A stretch of 36,344 bases of DNA from a virus (IMGVR_UViG_2541047905_000018); one strand, 5' to 3'. Positions 1 to 10,369 are shown, numbered from the stretch's first letter. A program made the numbers and translations. Notes: a model not told the origin generated them from the sequence alone.

Positions 1-221
1 ACCCGCAAACCACACTTCCCTTTAAAACGCGTAACATACATTGCCTGCGTTTAACTTTCTTTGAACTCTTGCAGAAAAATGAGAATTCGTGAGTACGATC
101 ACTCAAAATCGCCTGGCAAAAATAAAATCACCCTATAGATGCACAAAAAACGGGCAAAACTACCTGGTTCGCAAAACTGCGTCTAAAGTTAAACCGGGAC
201 CTCGCGAGCAAGGGTGAGACG

Positions 222-290
222 ATGGCGCTTTACACAATTGGTGAAGTGGCGTTGCTTTGTGATATTAATCCTGTCACGTTACGCGCGTGA
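222..290 (+). pseudogene. mlrA: 5' end (22 codons) of host MerR-type regulator gene, mlrA/yehV-like, truncated by prophage insertion; junction at about 288-290
   Basis: ATG at 222 encodes MALYTIGEVALLCDINPVTLRA then TGA; this matches the N-terminus of E. coli MlrA as I recall it (next residues WQRRYG), and sequence diverges exactly after CGCGCGTG. Identity to mlrA is from memory. Confidence 0.5.
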
Positions 291-406
291 CGCAACATTT
301 TTAAAAATCGACGAAGATCGTCCAGGAGCGCCATTTTTCAAGGGTTGGACAGATGATTCGTTTTCGATGTCGACGAACTTCGACGGATTTCGCCGATAAA
401 AAGTGT

Positions 407-435
407 CCCATACATGCCCCATAGATGCCCCATAG
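407..435. repeat. Three direct CCCATA(G) repeats at about 11-bp spacing, including a perfect tandem ATGCCCCATAG x2 (414..435)
   Basis: Read directly: CCCATAcatgCCCCATAGatgCCCCATAGg, about 120-145 bp inside the prophage junction. Confidence 0.6.
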
Positions 436-448
436 GCAATATTACCAA

Positions 449-477
449 TTGACACTGGTTATCCACACAGCTAAAAA
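449..477 (+). promoter_or_regulatory. Candidate sigma70 promoter for the dinI-like gene (-35 TTGACA 449..454, 17-bp spacer, -10 TAAAAA 472..477)
   Basis: Consensus -35 hexamer with 17-bp spacing to an A/T-rich -10-like hexamer; predicted start falls in the LexA box. Confidence 0.45.
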
Positions 478-483
478 TAACAC

Positions 484-499
484 CTGTACATAACTACAG
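484..499 (+). promoter_or_regulatory. LexA (SOS) box, CTGT-N8-ACAG
   Basis: CTGTACATAACTACAG lies between the putative -10 and the AGGAGGG Shine-Dalgarno of the dinI-like gene. Confidence 0.6.
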
Positions 500-514
500 T
501 TACAGGAGGGGGTT

Positions 515-763
515 ATGCGTGTTGAGATCTGTATCGCTAAAGAAAAAATCAGCAAAATGCCGAAAGGTTCTGTTCCTGCTCTGCAGCAAGAAATGCTGCG
601 CCGCATAGGTAAGCGATATGACGATGCAGATGTGATCGTTAAATCTGCCAGCAATGATGGACTCACCATTTTAAGAGCCGTCGATAAAGAATCAGCACTG
701 GAGTTCGTACAGGAAACACTACAGGAAGTCTGGCAAACCGCGGACGACTGGTTTATGCAATAA
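515..763 (+). CDS. DinI-family protein (prophage-encoded DinI homologue)
   Basis: 82 aa, [10 protein letters not shown]...[10 protein letters not shown] resembles E. coli DinI (MRIEVTIAK...WESADDWFVSE, recalled); strong SD; LexA box upstream. Confidence 0.8.
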   Translation: MRVEICIAKEKISKMPKGSVPALQQEMLRRIGKRYDDADVIVKSASNDGLTILRAVDKESALEFVQETLQEVWQTADDWFMQ

Positions 764-854
764 CGGGATCATAATCACTGTAATGACCTGTTTTGTATGA
801 CATTCTTAAAAGGCATAACAACGAGCTTGTCGTTTCAAGCGACTTCTTCTGGTT

Positions 855-881
855 GGGGAGCCTGAGTGCTCCCCTTTTTTT
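855..881 (+). terminator. Rho-independent terminator after dinI-like gene
   Basis: GGGGAGC-ctgagt-GCTCCCC followed by T7. Confidence 0.7.
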
Positions 882-1177
882 CAGCTAAAAATCAGCATAC
901 AGCCATACAATCCCGCACAGGCCACCACCGGCACCACAAAATCCATCAGACTGGCCACATTCCACACACGCGGATCAAAACCGCCCCACCACGGCATGTT
1001 CTGTCTGTGACCATCACCAAAACGCTTAATCCAGCGATATTCTGCCTGGGTATGTTCTCGGGCAATAAAGAACGTACAACCCGCTATCGCTCCGTAAACC
1101 CAGTCACCGGTAATGCACCCGACCAGCCCCTGCACGGCTACTGCACAAATTGCATGAAGTATCGGCGTGATATCCAT
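881..1177 (-). CDS. Small hydrophobic (membrane) protein of unknown function, attR-proximal moron candidate
   Basis: 98-aa ORF with hydrophobic segments (ILHAICAVAVQGLVGCI..., VVPVVACAGLYGCMLIF); no family recognised. Confidence 0.5.
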   Translation of the reverse strand: MDITPILHAICAVAVQGLVGCITGDWVYGAIAGCTFFIAREHTQAEYRWIKRFGDGHRQNMPWWGGFDPRVWNVASLMDFVVPVVACAGLYGCMLIFS

Positions 1178-1186
1178 CTGCTCCCC

Positions 1187-1465
1187 TTAAAACCACTCCC
1201 TGAGCGGGCGCTCTGGTGTAACCACCCACTCACGGAACACGGATTCATCAAAGCCATCGTCAAGAAGACGAATATTAACAAAGTACCCTTCGTCTCGCGT
1301 GTATTCAGGCTCCCCGTCAGCAGAAACACCTGACTCACTGAACGTAAAACCAATCTCATCAACCAGAATGGCATTCTGCAGCTCTTCGTCCTCTTCCCAG
1401 TTAAGTTTCCTGAGAAATGCCCTGAAATCTGCTTTATCACTGAAACGCAACGTGAAATCTCTCAC
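1187..1465 (-). CDS. Hypothetical acidic protein downstream of side tail fibre
   Basis: 92-aa ORF whose start overlaps the stf stop by 4 nt (coupled); not similar to lambda Tfa. Confidence 0.5.
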   Translation of the reverse strand: MRDFTLRFSDKADFRAFLRKLNWEEDEELQNAILVDEIGFTFSESGVSADGEPEYTRDEGYFVNIRLLDDGFDESVFREWVVTPERPLREWF

Positions 1466-3525
1466 TCCACAACCTCCCCAAGCTGCGCATCTGTTAGCTC
1501 TTTATGCCAGAGACGAAAATTCCTCACATGCCCAAATAAATGGCGTAATCCTGCTGTAGTTTGTCCACCAATGCGAATGGTTGCTGTACTCCGGATATAT
1601 TCCCATGTGGTTTTTGTTTCGCTGGATATACGCCCGTTACTTACTGCACATGTAGACTGATCTGACTTTACACGCATCCCCATAACCATTTTTTTCAACG
1701 ATGCGTTTTCGTTAACACGCCTATTTGATCCACCAATATCGCAATAAGGAAATCCGTCTGGCCCATCTGCCGAAGATCCGAAGCCAAGAATAATAGCCGC
1801 TCCGGTTTGATGACCGCCGGTATCAAAAACACGTGGCGCTGCATTTGGCGTTTTATACCAGTTCTTATGTACCTCACAAAGAACCGTAAAAGGAAGATTA
1901 TAAAGATTATTCTTAATCGGAACTGTAACCATATCGCTTGCGCGCGTCGCCGCCGTCGTTCCTGATATAATAAAAGATGATACACACGAACCATCCTCAA
2001 CCTGAGGGGTGGCCAGATAAATATAGTCACCAGATTCAACGACACCACCTTTTTTTGGTGCGTATTGTATTGCAGAGGTTATGTAAGTTTCTTTACTTGC
2101 TTGAATCGTTGCCTCTACAAAAATCCAGCCCGTAGCTTCATCTTTGTTAACTCGTGCGGTGAGCCTGTCGGCAGCTACACCGGTGATTTCAACCAATAAA
2201 GACCGCGTATTAACAATGGCATATCCAAGATTAGATGAAGCGCTGCCATCGAAGGCTTCAAACCTGATCCTTAACAGGAGTTCCAAATCCGTTTTAAATC
2301 TGCACGATGTCGTCACACACTTATTATCGCCTGATACATCGACAGCCCCCGAGGTTGAAACTACTGCCATATTAAGGGTTGTACTTTGCCCAATTAATGA
2401 TTCATTACAAACAAACTTTCCATAAGTAAAACCAAAACTATCAGTTCCAACCTCAGCGACATTCATATTTGCAGATTTACCCCAAGAAGCTGGAGTTGCT
2501 GAATTCAACATGTAGTTGGTTCGCTGACCTTCAATCAATAAACCTTCTTTTTCAAATCGTGGCTCATTAATTTCCGCCGTTTTCAGTTCGCCAGATTTGT
2601 TGATATATGTTGCCGTTGATGCGCGACTGAAATTAACCTGTTTATCACTGGCAACCTGAACCACATTATCACCAATCTTCACTTTTTTATAACCCGGAGA
2701 ATAGCCCGTAATCATATCCAGCGAATCATTAAAGGGTATCCACACATCCGGCAGCGGCTGTAAAACATATCTGTACGGCTCTGCTGTCTGGTTTGCGTAT
2801 TCTCTGGCAGCATCTTCACTTGCTTTTGCTGCCGTCTGGCTTGCTGCCGATGCTTTCGCCGAGTTCGCCGCCGCTGTTTCGCTCACCTTTGCGTTGGCTT
2901 CACTGTCTTTGGCATTCGTCTCACTGGTTTTCGCTGCCGTCTGGCTGGATTTTGCGTTTTTTTCGCTGGCCTTTGTGGCTGTCTCGCTATTTTTCGCGCT
3001 GGTTTCTGATTTTTTGGCTGCTGTCGCGGAGTTTGCCGATGCAGTCTGCGAGGCCGCTGCCGCCTGTGCGCTGTTAGCTGCATTCGTTTCTGAGGTTTTC
3101 GCCGCATTCTTCGATGAGGCTGCTGCCGTTTCGGATTTCTTTGCCGCCGCTGCACTCTGTGATGACGCTCCGGCATGACGTGCCACTTCATTCACCATCA
3201 GCTCAAAACGGCGCAGTGCCTCCGGACGAACATCATCCTCCGTCATGGCGCCGAGAAAATCATTCAGCGTACCTGGTCTGGAACCTTCATAGACGGTAAT
3301 GGTCCCGGCATGTGAAGGCGGAAAACCTTCAACCAGCAGGGTGACGCTGTACTGGCCATACTCAACATCCATGCTGTAACGCCCGGCTTCATCCGGATTT
3401 TCAGAGGCCACCGTGTTCACCACCACCGTGCTGCTGGTCCGTCTGGCCTTCAGCACAATGGTGCAGTTCTGTACTGGTTTTCCTGTGCCATCTTTCAGCA
3501 CACCTGAGATTTTTACTGCTGCCAT
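1462..3525 (-). CDS. stf: Side tail fibre protein (lambda Stf-like N-terminus, Ala/Ser/Thr-rich repeat shaft, divergent C-terminal domain)
   Basis: N-terminus MAAVKISGVLKDGTGKPVQNCTI... matches lambda Stf as recalled; ATG at 3525 preferred over GTG at 3531; C-terminus ends with a LamG/ConA-lectin-like motif (inference). Confidence 0.88.
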   Translation of the reverse strand: MAAVKISGVLKDGTGKPVQNCTIVLKARRTSSTVVVNTVASENPDEAGRYSMDVEYGQYSVTLLVEGFPPSHAGTITVYEGSRPGTLNDFLGAMTEDDVRPEALRRFELMVNEVARHAGASSQSAAAAKKSETAAASSKNAAKTSETNAANSAQAAAASQTASANSATAAKKSETSAKNSETATKASEKNAKSSQTAAKTSETNAKDSEANAKVSETAAANSAKASAASQTAAKASEDAAREYANQTAEPYRYVLQPLPDVWIPFNDSLDMITGYSPGYKKVKIGDNVVQVASDKQVNFSRASTATYINKSGELKTAEINEPRFEKEGLLIEGQRTNYMLNSATPASWGKSANMNVAEVGTDSFGFTYGKFVCNESLIGQSTTLNMAVVSTSGAVDVSGDNKCVTTSCRFKTDLELLLRIRFEAFDGSASSNLGYAIVNTRSLLVEITGVAADRLTARVNKDEATGWIFVEATIQASKETYITSAIQYAPKKGGVVESGDYIYLATPQVEDGSCVSSFIISGTTAATRASDMVTVPIKNNLYNLPFTVLCEVHKNWYKTPNAAPRVFDTGGHQTGAAIILGFGSSADGPDGFPYCDIGGSNRRVNENASLKKMVMGMRVKSDQSTCAVSNGRISSETKTTWEYIRSTATIRIGGQTTAGLRHLFGHVRNFRLWHKELTDAQLGEVVE
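2829..3159. repeat. Internal degenerate coding repeats in stf (KTSETNA/AAKKSET units)
   Basis: Repetitive nucleotide and peptide units visible in sequence and translation. Confidence 0.6.
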
Positions 3526-3536
3526 ATCCACTCCAT

Positions 3537-3562
3537 AAAAAAGCCCGCCTGAACCGGCGGGC
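3537..3562 (-). terminator. Rho-independent terminator between lom and stf (minus strand)
   Basis: On the minus strand GCCCGCC-ggttca-GGCGGGC followed by U6. Confidence 0.6.
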
Positions 3563-3589
3563 TGTCATAACACTGTGTTACCTGGCTAA

Positions 3590-4189
3590 TCAGAACTTAT
3601 AACCGACACCCACGATGAAACTGTTGGTACGCCAGTCACCGCTGCCGGAGCCTTCATAAGCGACATCAATGGCCACGGATTCGGTCGGGTTAAACTGCAC
3701 GCCAGCTCCCCACGCCAGAGACGTGTTGCTGTGGCGACCGTCATCACTTCCGGTCAGCACATCGTGCTTTTTCCCCTTGTTGTCAGTTACGCGGAGATAA
3801 TCCCCGGAGAAAGTCGACACACGGCTGTAAGCCACACCCACCATCGCATACGCGCTGAACCATTCATTCACGCGTACAGACGGCCCCGCCATCACGCTGA
3901 ACCAGCGGTTACGCACGGAATCTTCATGCCAGCGGGTATCGCTGTAGTGCGTTTTTTGCTCATCCTCAGCATTGGCATAACTGAAGGACGTAATCAGCCC
4001 CAGCGCGTCCGTAAACTCATAACGGTATTTCACGTTAATCCCGTTCAGATTATCGCTGCCGGGAGCGTTCGTACGGGCATGAAGATACCCCGCGCTCAGT
4101 GTGGACTGATGTTCAGACGCCCATGCAGGCGCACCGGATACGGACAGACAGATGGCTGCGGACAAAATGGCTGCACATAATTTACGCAT
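3590..4189 (-). CDS. lom: Outer membrane protein Lom (Ail/PagC/Lom family)
   Basis: 199 aa, near-identical to lambda Lom as recalled (MRKL.AAILSAAICL...GVGYKF). Confidence 0.93.
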   Translation of the reverse strand: MRKLCAAILSAAICLSVSGAPAWASEHQSTLSAGYLHARTNAPGSDNLNGINVKYRYEFTDALGLITSFSYANAEDEQKTHYSDTRWHEDSVRNRWFSVMAGPSVRVNEWFSAYAMVGVAYSRVSTFSGDYLRVTDNKGKKHDVLTGSDDGRHSNTSLAWGAGVQFNPTESVAIDVAYEGSGSGDWRTNSFIVGVGYKF

Positions 4190-4213
4190 AATTACCTCTC
4201 GCTTTTCTGCAAT

Positions 4214-4237
4214 AAAAAAGGCGCCATTTCTGGCGCC
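4214..4237 (-). terminator. Rho-independent terminator between J and lom (minus strand)
   Basis: GGCGCC-agaaat-GGCGCC followed by U6 on the minus strand. Confidence 0.55.
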
Positions 4238-4256
4238 CGTATATGGGTTATAAAAT

Positions 4257-7200
4257 TCAGCTAATCGTGATGCCTGCAGTGGCTTTCTTCATCACAACAA
4301 CCAGCAAATCGCTGATACTTGCTGTGGGATACCAGCCATTTACCCACCATGCTGATACAGAAAACTCCAGCGTCATGTCGCCGCGACCAGCAGGCATATT
4401 AATAACACCACTGTAAACCAGCGTATTATCCAGCGCGGTACGGTTATAAATTTCAGCACCGTTTTTCTTCACTATCAGGCGGCATGACGAATAAGTATCG
4501 CTGTTCTCCTGCTCATGTCTGGCACCGCTGAAAGCCACCGCCGGAATAACAATCTGCCGGTTAAACGGCTGATCGTCATAAACCCTGACGGTAATGGTTC
4601 CTGATGGCCAACGCTTCGGTGCACGGGAGTCACGAGGGAAAGCCTTACCCACTGTTTTAACGAGATCGCCTTCAATCTGGTTTGCAGACAGTTTCCCTCT
4701 GATGACACAGTTCTCGTTAATGGTGACATTATTGAGCGTGCCGGTATTCGCCGTGATGGCTCCACTGATATCCGCATTGCGGGCTGTCAGCCTGCCATCC
4801 GGCGTCAGGGAAAACGTCGGAGGATTGCCGGATGACGTGATGCTCACCGCAAACAGTCGCTTCAGGAACACGTCGTTCATGAACAGCTGATTCCCCTGCG
4901 CCACAAATAACGGCGTGGTGTTACCGTTCTCCGGGGTAATCATCGCAATGCGATCGGCCTGCAGCAGAATGTTACTCAGCGTCTGACCATCAACATCCTC
5001 AATCCCCGCGCCAATCCCGGCCACATAGGGAATACCGTTTTTTGTTTTCTGCACCTTCAGCATATACATGGCATTCAGCTCATTGCGCGTGTCTGACTGA
5101 ACCCGCTGGATTTGCTGTATGGTCACGGCCTGGTCACCCAGCTTTTTATCCGTGGTCGAGGTAATTTCACTCCCTTTTTTATCCACGTACTGGCGGACCT
5201 GTGCTATCTGTCGGGCGTTTTCTGACTGCCCCTGGCTGACAGTCTGTGAGATTTCACTGCTCACCCGGTCCACTTTCTGGCTCACCTGCGCGATGGCCAG
5301 TGTCTGGTCCTCATTCTTTTTCGCAACCAGCTGCGTGAGGCTGTTTTCCGCCTTCCCGATTTTCCGGGTCACTTCTGCGATATCCGTGTCCATCCGCTGA
5401 CGGATATCTTCTTCCAGTTGCGTGACCTCCGTACGCAGCGCTGAAGCATCAATGCGCTCTTTCAGTGCCTGACCCAGAAGCGTCTCATCTATCAGCCCCC
5501 GGAAAATTTCCAGATACCCTTCACCATCATTGCTGGGCTGCCCGCTGGCTTCCACAAAAGCAGATTTTCCCACCAGGTTGACGCTTCGCACGTAAAACCA
5601 GAAATCCGTCCCCGGCTTAATCCGGCTCCCCTGGACAGTCCACTGACTGCCGGTCCCCAGATAACGGGCAGATTTTTCCACCTGTGCTGTGTTCGTGATG
5701 CGTTTTTCTGAGAACCAGAATTCAAACTGTACCGTCGGGTCATACACCGCAAGACGCGGGACCGCCGTTATCTGAAAATACCCCGGCGTCAGCTCAATGG
5801 TGGCGGGTTTTGCAGGTGCGTTAATCCGGAACGATACCGACGCCGGATCGCCCTGCTGTCCCCGGGCATTTACCGCCCGGACCGTCAGCGTGTAACGCCC
5901 CAGCGGCAGGCCGCTGAAACGGTGCTCCGTGTCTGCGGTGATGGCGGTGGTCACCAGTCTGGCATCCGTTCCCTTACCACTGGTCAGGCGCAGACTGAAG
6001 CGCACGCCCTTCACCACCTTCGGCGTGTCCCAGCGCGCCAGCACCTGATATTCCCCGCTGTCTGCGGTGACTTCGGCGGTCAGGTGCTGCACCGCTGGCG
6101 GCGTGACACCATTCACCGTGCCGCTCTGGTCGCCGTCAAAGTGCGCCCCGTTATCCACGATGGCCTCTTTTGCCGGTACATGCTGCACGGCGGTGATGGC
6201 ATACGTACCGTCGTCATTCTCACGGATATTCACACAGCGGAACAGGCGCTGGCGCAGCGTCGGCAGCTTCAGCCCCCACACGCTGTATTCAGCAACACCG
6301 TCAGGAACACGGCTCACTTTTACCTTCACGCCGTCGGTGACGGACTGAACCTCCACGCTGACCGGATTGCCACTTCCGTCAACCAGGCTTATCAGCGTGG
6401 TACCGGAGGATGGCAGCGTGATTTCACGGTCGAGCGTCAGTGTCCGCGTCTGGCTGTTCACCGCCAGCACGCGCCCGCCGGTGCTGATACCCGCATAGTC
6501 ATCATCACAGATTTCAATAACATCGCCCGGTACATGGCGAAGCCCTTCTGCGCCCACGCTGAAGTCCACGGTCTGCGTTTCCAGCAGCTCCGTTTTAATC
6601 AGCCACAGCCCGGCGCGGTGTGCCTGCCCCCGGCTGGTACAGCCAAAGGCATCCATCTTCGTGACGTTACGACCGTAACGGGCAATGGCCTGCGTATCTT
6701 CAACAAGCTCTGTCGCCGTCTCCCAGCCGTTATCCGGGTCAATCCAGTTCACCTCAACGGCATTATGGCGGTCCTTCAGGGCGCTGAAGCTGTAGCGGAA
6801 CGGCGCGCCATCATCCGGCATCACCACATTACTGCGGTTATAGGTCCACACCTTATCTGATGGCCGGTCCTGCACGAACGTCAGCGTCTGCCCGTTCCAT
6901 ACCGGCATACAGCGCATCGCCGAGCAGAAATCACTGAGCACATCCCACGCCTTGCGCTGTGTGGTCAGGTACGCATTACAGGTGATGCGCGGCTCCGTGC
7001 CGCCAAAGCCGTCCGGCACTGACTGGTCGCAGTACTGGCCGATGACATACAGCGCCCATTTGTCCACATCCGCCGCACCAAGACGTTTCCCCATGCCGTA
7101 GCGTGGATGGGTCAGCATATCCCACAGACACCAGGCCATGTTATTGCTGTATGCTGGCTTAAACGTTCCGTCCCAGATACCGCTGTATTGCCGAGTCTGC

Positions 7201-7952
7201 GGGTTATAGTTCGACGGCACCTGCAGAATGCGCCCGCGCAGATGATAATTACGGCTCACCTGCTGGCTGCCGAACTGCTCCGAATCCACCTGTACGCCGA
7301 CCAGTGCCGTGTTCGGGTAGCACTGTTTCACATCGATGATTTCGGTGTATGACGACCAGAGCGTTTTGTTCTGCAGCTGGTCTGTGGTGCTGTCCGGCGT
7401 CATCCTGCGCATCCGGATATTGAACGGACGCGGCGGCAGGTCACCCACCACCACCGATGCCAGATACTGTGAGGTGGTTTTGCCTTTAATGGTGATGTCT
7501 TTTTCCGTCACCCAGCCACCATTACGCTGTATCTGAACCAGCAGGCGGACTTCCGACGGATTCCGGTCCCCCTTTGAGGTGGTTTCCACCAGTGCCTGCA
7601 CACCGAAGGTAAAGCGCAGACGGTCGATGTTTGCCGACGTGATGGTCCGGGTAATCGGCGTGTCGTACTTCACTTCCGTACCCAGCACCGTCTCGGAGCC
7701 GGAGGATTCAAATCCCTCCGGCGGTGTCTGCTCCTGCTCACCGGCCCGGAACACCACCGTGACGCCGGATATATTGGTATTCCCCTCACTGTCCAGCACC
7801 GGCGTACTGTTCAGCAGCACGCTTTTTAATCCATCCACCGGACCTTCAACCGGCCCTTCGCTGATGGCATCAATCACACTCAGCAGCTGCGTGGACTTCA
7901 GGTTGTCCTTCGCTTCGCGCGGGGTATGCCCCTTACTGCTGCCTTTACCCAT
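4257..7952 (-). CDS. J: Host specificity / central tail fibre protein J
   Basis: 1231 aa; N-terminal two thirds near-identical to lambda J from memory ([21 protein letters not shown]...), C-terminal receptor-binding part divergent. Confidence 0.95.
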   Translation of the reverse strand: MGKGSSKGHTPREAKDNLKSTQLLSVIDAISEGPVEGPVDGLKSVLLNSTPVLDSEGNTNISGVTVVFRAGEQEQTPPEGFESSGSETVLGTEVKYDTPITRTITSANIDRLRFTFGVQALVETTSKGDRNPSEVRLLVQIQRNGGWVTEKDITIKGKTTSQYLASVVVGDLPPRPFNIRMRRMTPDSTTDQLQNKTLWSSYTEIIDVKQCYPNTALVGVQVDSEQFGSQQVSRNYHLRGRILQVPSNYNPQTRQYSGIWDGTFKPAYSNNMAWCLWDMLTHPRYGMGKRLGAADVDKWALYVIGQYCDQSVPDGFGGTEPRITCNAYLTTQRKAWDVLSDFCSAMRCMPVWNGQTLTFVQDRPSDKVWTYNRSNVVMPDDGAPFRYSFSALKDRHNAVEVNWIDPDNGWETATELVEDTQAIARYGRNVTKMDAFGCTSRGQAHRAGLWLIKTELLETQTVDFSVGAEGLRHVPGDVIEICDDDYAGISTGGRVLAVNSQTRTLTLDREITLPSSGTTLISLVDGSGNPVSVEVQSVTDGVKVKVSRVPDGVAEYSVWGLKLPTLRQRLFRCVNIRENDDGTYAITAVQHVPAKEAIVDNGAHFDGDQSGTVNGVTPPAVQHLTAEVTADSGEYQVLARWDTPKVVKGVRFSLRLTSGKGTDARLVTTAITADTEHRFSGLPLGRYTLTVRAVNARGQQGDPASVSFRINAPAKPATIELTPGYFQITAVPRLAVYDPTVQFEFWFSEKRITNTAQVEKSARYLGTGSQWTVQGSRIKPGTDFWFYVRSVNLVGKSAFVEASGQPSNDGEGYLEIFRGLIDETLLGQALKERIDASALRTEVTQLEEDIRQRMDTDIAEVTRKIGKAENSLTQLVAKKNEDQTLAIAQVSQKVDRVSSEISQTVSQGQSENARQIAQVRQYVDKKGSEITSTTDKKLGDQAVTIQQIQRVQSDTRNELNAMYMLKVQKTKNGIPYVAGIGAGIEDVDGQTLSNILLQADRIAMITPENGNTTPLFVAQGNQLFMNDVFLKRLFAVSITSSGNPPTFSLTPDGRLTARNADISGAITANTGTLNNVTINENCVIRGKLSANQIEGDLVKTVGKAFPRDSRAPKRWPSGTITVRVYDDQPFNRQIVIPAVAFSGARHEQENSDTYSSCRLIVKKNGAEIYNRTALDNTLVYSGVINMPAGRGDMTLEFSVSAWWVNGWYPTASISDLLVVVMKKATAGITIS

Positions 7953-8012
7953 TCGTCATGCTCCATAAACGATAAAACCGCCCGGAGGCGGTTTCACATA
8001 AAACATTTTGCA

Positions 8013-8684
8013 TCAGCGACCAATCACCACAACCTGACCACCATCCCCTTCGTCTGCCGTGCTGATCTCCTGAGAAACCACGCGTGACCCCACGCGCATT
8101 TCACCGTACAGAACCGGCAGAACATTGCCCTGGGCAACCATGTTATCCAGTGAAGAAAAATAGGTGTTCTGTTTGCCGTTATCCGTTGTCTGTGTGCGGG
8201 GAGTTCTGGCTTTCGGTGCCAGCATCTGCGCCACACCACCGAGCACCATACTGGCACCGAGAGAAAACAGGATGCCGGTCATACCACCGGCCCCAATGGC
8301 TGCCCCCCATGCTGCAAGGGTGGCTCCGGCAGTAAAGAATGATCCGGCAATGGCGGCTGCTCCCAGGACAATCTGGAATACACCACCTGACTTGGCCCCG
8401 GCGACTCTGGGAACAATATGAATCACAGCGCCGTCAGGCAGAGCCTCATGTAACTGCGCCGTTAATCCGGACGTGCTGACATCCTGCCCGGCAATACGCA
8501 CCTGATACCAGCCGTCGCTCAGTTTCTGACGAAACGCCGGGAGCTGTGTGGCCAGCGCCCGGATGGCTTCGGCCCCCGTTTTCACACGAAGGTCGATGCG
8601 GCGGCCAAATCGTTGCAAATCCCCGTAAAGGCAGATGCGTGCCATGCCCGGTGACGCCAGAGGGAGTGTGTGCGTCGCTGCCAT
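8013..8684 (-). CDS. I: Tail assembly protein I
   Basis: 223 aa, near-identical to lambda gpI as recalled. Confidence 0.93.
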   Translation of the reverse strand: MAATHTLPLASPGMARICLYGDLQRFGRRIDLRVKTGAEAIRALATQLPAFRQKLSDGWYQVRIAGQDVSTSGLTAQLHEALPDGAVIHIVPRVAGAKSGGVFQIVLGAAAIAGSFFTAGATLAAWGAAIGAGGMTGILFSLGASMVLGGVAQMLAPKARTPRTQTTDNGKQNTYFSSLDNMVAQGNVLPVLYGEMRVGSRVVSQEISTADEGDGGQVVVIGR

Positions 8685-9325
8685 TTGTCGGTATACCTCT
8701 CTCGTTTGCTCAGTTGTTCAGGAATATGGTGCAGCAGCTCGCCATCACCACAGTAAATGGCGGCATGATTCGGCACCGATGAACCAAAACAGCACAGCAG
8801 CACATCGCCCGGTTGTGCTGATGACAACGGCACCTGATACAGCCCTGTGGCCTCCAGATTATCCAGATAGAGATTCTGACCGTGACGCCACCAGTCATCC
8901 TCGCGATGAAAATCCGGCATCTCAATCCCCGCCAGATGATAAGCATCCCGGAACAGCGTGTAACAGTCCGTCACCCCGTGCTCAAAGCGCCGCCCGGTGA
9001 GATGCGGCACACAGCGGAACTTATGAATCGTCCCCCGGCAGACCAGCCACCACGGCAAATCACTCTGCACCTGCAGCCGCCGGTCGGCCTCACTCAGCCA
9101 GGGCGGACCACCGGGGTGGCTGTGGACCAGCGCCACAATCTCACCCTGCATTTCTGCCTGCAGCCAGTCTTCCGGCGACATACGGAAATACGCCTCCGGC
9201 TCACCGGAGATATTCACGCAGGGAAAATATCTTTCCCCCTCCGGCGTTCTCACTACGAAGCCGCACGACTCCGCTGGCGCACATCGCCGGGCGTGCGCCA
9301 GAATCGCTGATTCTGTCTCTGTCAT
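8582..9325 (-). CDS. K: Tail assembly protein K (JAB/MPN plus NlpC/P60-like)
   Basis: Lambda gpK-like (HSHPGG motif); start taken at MTETES (9325); the 3' end overlaps I by about 100 nt, so the true C-terminus is uncertain. Confidence 0.85.
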   Translation of the reverse strand: MTETESAILAHARRCAPAESCGFVVRTPEGERYFPCVNISGEPEAYFRMSPEDWLQAEMQGEIVALVHSHPGGPPWLSEADRRLQVQSDLPWWLVCRGTIHKFRCVPHLTGRRFEHGVTDCYTLFRDAYHLAGIEMPDFHREDDWWRHGQNLYLDNLEATGLYQVPLSSAQPGDVLLCCFGSSVPNHAAIYCGDGELLHHIPEQLSKRERYTDKWQRRTHSLWRHRAWHASAFTGICNDLAAASTFV

Positions 9326-9329
9326 GGGA

Positions 9330-10028
9330 TTACTGCGAAAGTTTGTTAATAGAAAGGAAGCCGCCAAAGTTGCCGACATTATTGCGAAACTTACAACCAC
9401 TCAGGCATTTGCTGCATTTATCCTTCGTGATATCGGACGTCGGCTGGTCATATTCATCCGCGACCGCCGGACCGTGATAACCGCACTCATCACCGCGATA
9501 GGTCCAGGTGCAGGTGTTGGCCAGCATGGTACGTCCCGGAAAAACAGCACCATCCGTTTCCGTCGGCGTGGACAGTACAAAAGAGGCACTCACCGCGCTC
9601 AGTTCGCTGCACTGCTCGATGCGCCAGCGGCTGATCACCTCCTGCTCCGGATCGGCGTCACTGTTTCCGTTGACGAAGTTCACCGCATCCAGAAAACGGG
9701 CGTAAACCTTACGCCGGACCACCGTTCCGCCGACCAGACTCTGCAGATCTTCCGCCATCCCGGTGACCATGCCGTACAGGTTAGAAACCGTCAGCGTGGG
9801 GCGCGTACTGGTGCCTTTGCCATTCAGTTCGAAACCACTCCCCTGAATGGGATATGCCTGATACTGTCGCCCCTGCCAGGTGACCGGCTCACCTTTTTCG
9901 TTCTGCTCATTACAGAAAAAATAACGTTCTCCACCAACCTCTGTCAGATCGATTTCCCAGAGCACCACGCTGGCAGACTGCTCCGCACGGGTGCATTCAT
10001 TCAGTGTTTCCTGTCGGATATCCTGCAT
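9330..10028 (-). CDS. L: Minor tail protein L
   Basis: 232 aa, near-identical to lambda gpL as recalled. Confidence 0.93.
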   Translation of the reverse strand: MQDIRQETLNECTRAEQSASVVLWEIDLTEVGGERYFFCNEQNEKGEPVTWQGRQYQAYPIQGSGFELNGKGTSTRPTLTVSNLYGMVTGMAEDLQSLVGGTVVRRKVYARFLDAVNFVNGNSDADPEQEVISRWRIEQCSELSAVSASFVLSTPTETDGAVFPGRTMLANTCTWTYRGDECGYHGPAVADEYDQPTSDITKDKCSKCLSGCKFRNNVGNFGGFLSINKLSQ

Positions 10029-10369
10029 CAGTTCACCACCTGCTCAATCGTACAGCTGAAATCACTGTACCGGGCGTTATCCGTGACGCTCCACTCCCGA
10101 CACACCACCCTCACCGTCCGGTTATGTTTCGGCGGTCGCCACAAAAAGGCACGGTAACCACCATGCCAGGATAAAAATTCATCCAGCCAGCGCCGGGTTG
10201 ACTCATCCGTCACCCGGAACACCGCCTGAAACGTCTTCAGTTGAGGATTCAGTCCTGTGGGGCGGCGCTGTTCATAACCGTCACCAAACCGAACCCTCAC
10301 CACCGACGGTTTCTCACTCACCTGCATCCCTTCACGCGGGACCAGATGCAGCGTTTTTATCTCAGCCAC
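10028..10369 (-). CDS. M: Minor tail protein M
   Basis: 113 aa, lambda gpM family (VRFGDGY...EQVVN). Confidence 0.88.
   Translation of the reverse strand: MAEIKTLHLVPREGMQVSEKPSVVRVRFGDGYEQRRPTGLNPQLKTFQAVFRVTDESTRRWLDEFLSWHGGYRAFLWRPPKHNRTVRVVCREWSVTDNARYSDFSCTIEQVVN

Noticed and set aside
214-399. 61-aa ORF spanning the host-prophage junction
   Set aside because: It is in a different frame from the MerR-type start codon at 222, crosses the att junction, and has no SD; judged spurious.
2829-3159. Repetitive DNA in the tail fibre gene as a possible independent repeat element
   Set aside because: The repeats are in frame and encode the Ala/Ser/Thr-rich fibre shaft.
5922-6860. 312-aa plus-strand ORF
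   Set aside because: Antisense to the J gene, whose translation is near-identical to lambda J; an antisense artefact of a long GC-rich gene.
9324-10157. 277-aa plus-strand ORF
   Set aside because: Antisense to the lambda-like L and M genes; no SD; artefact.
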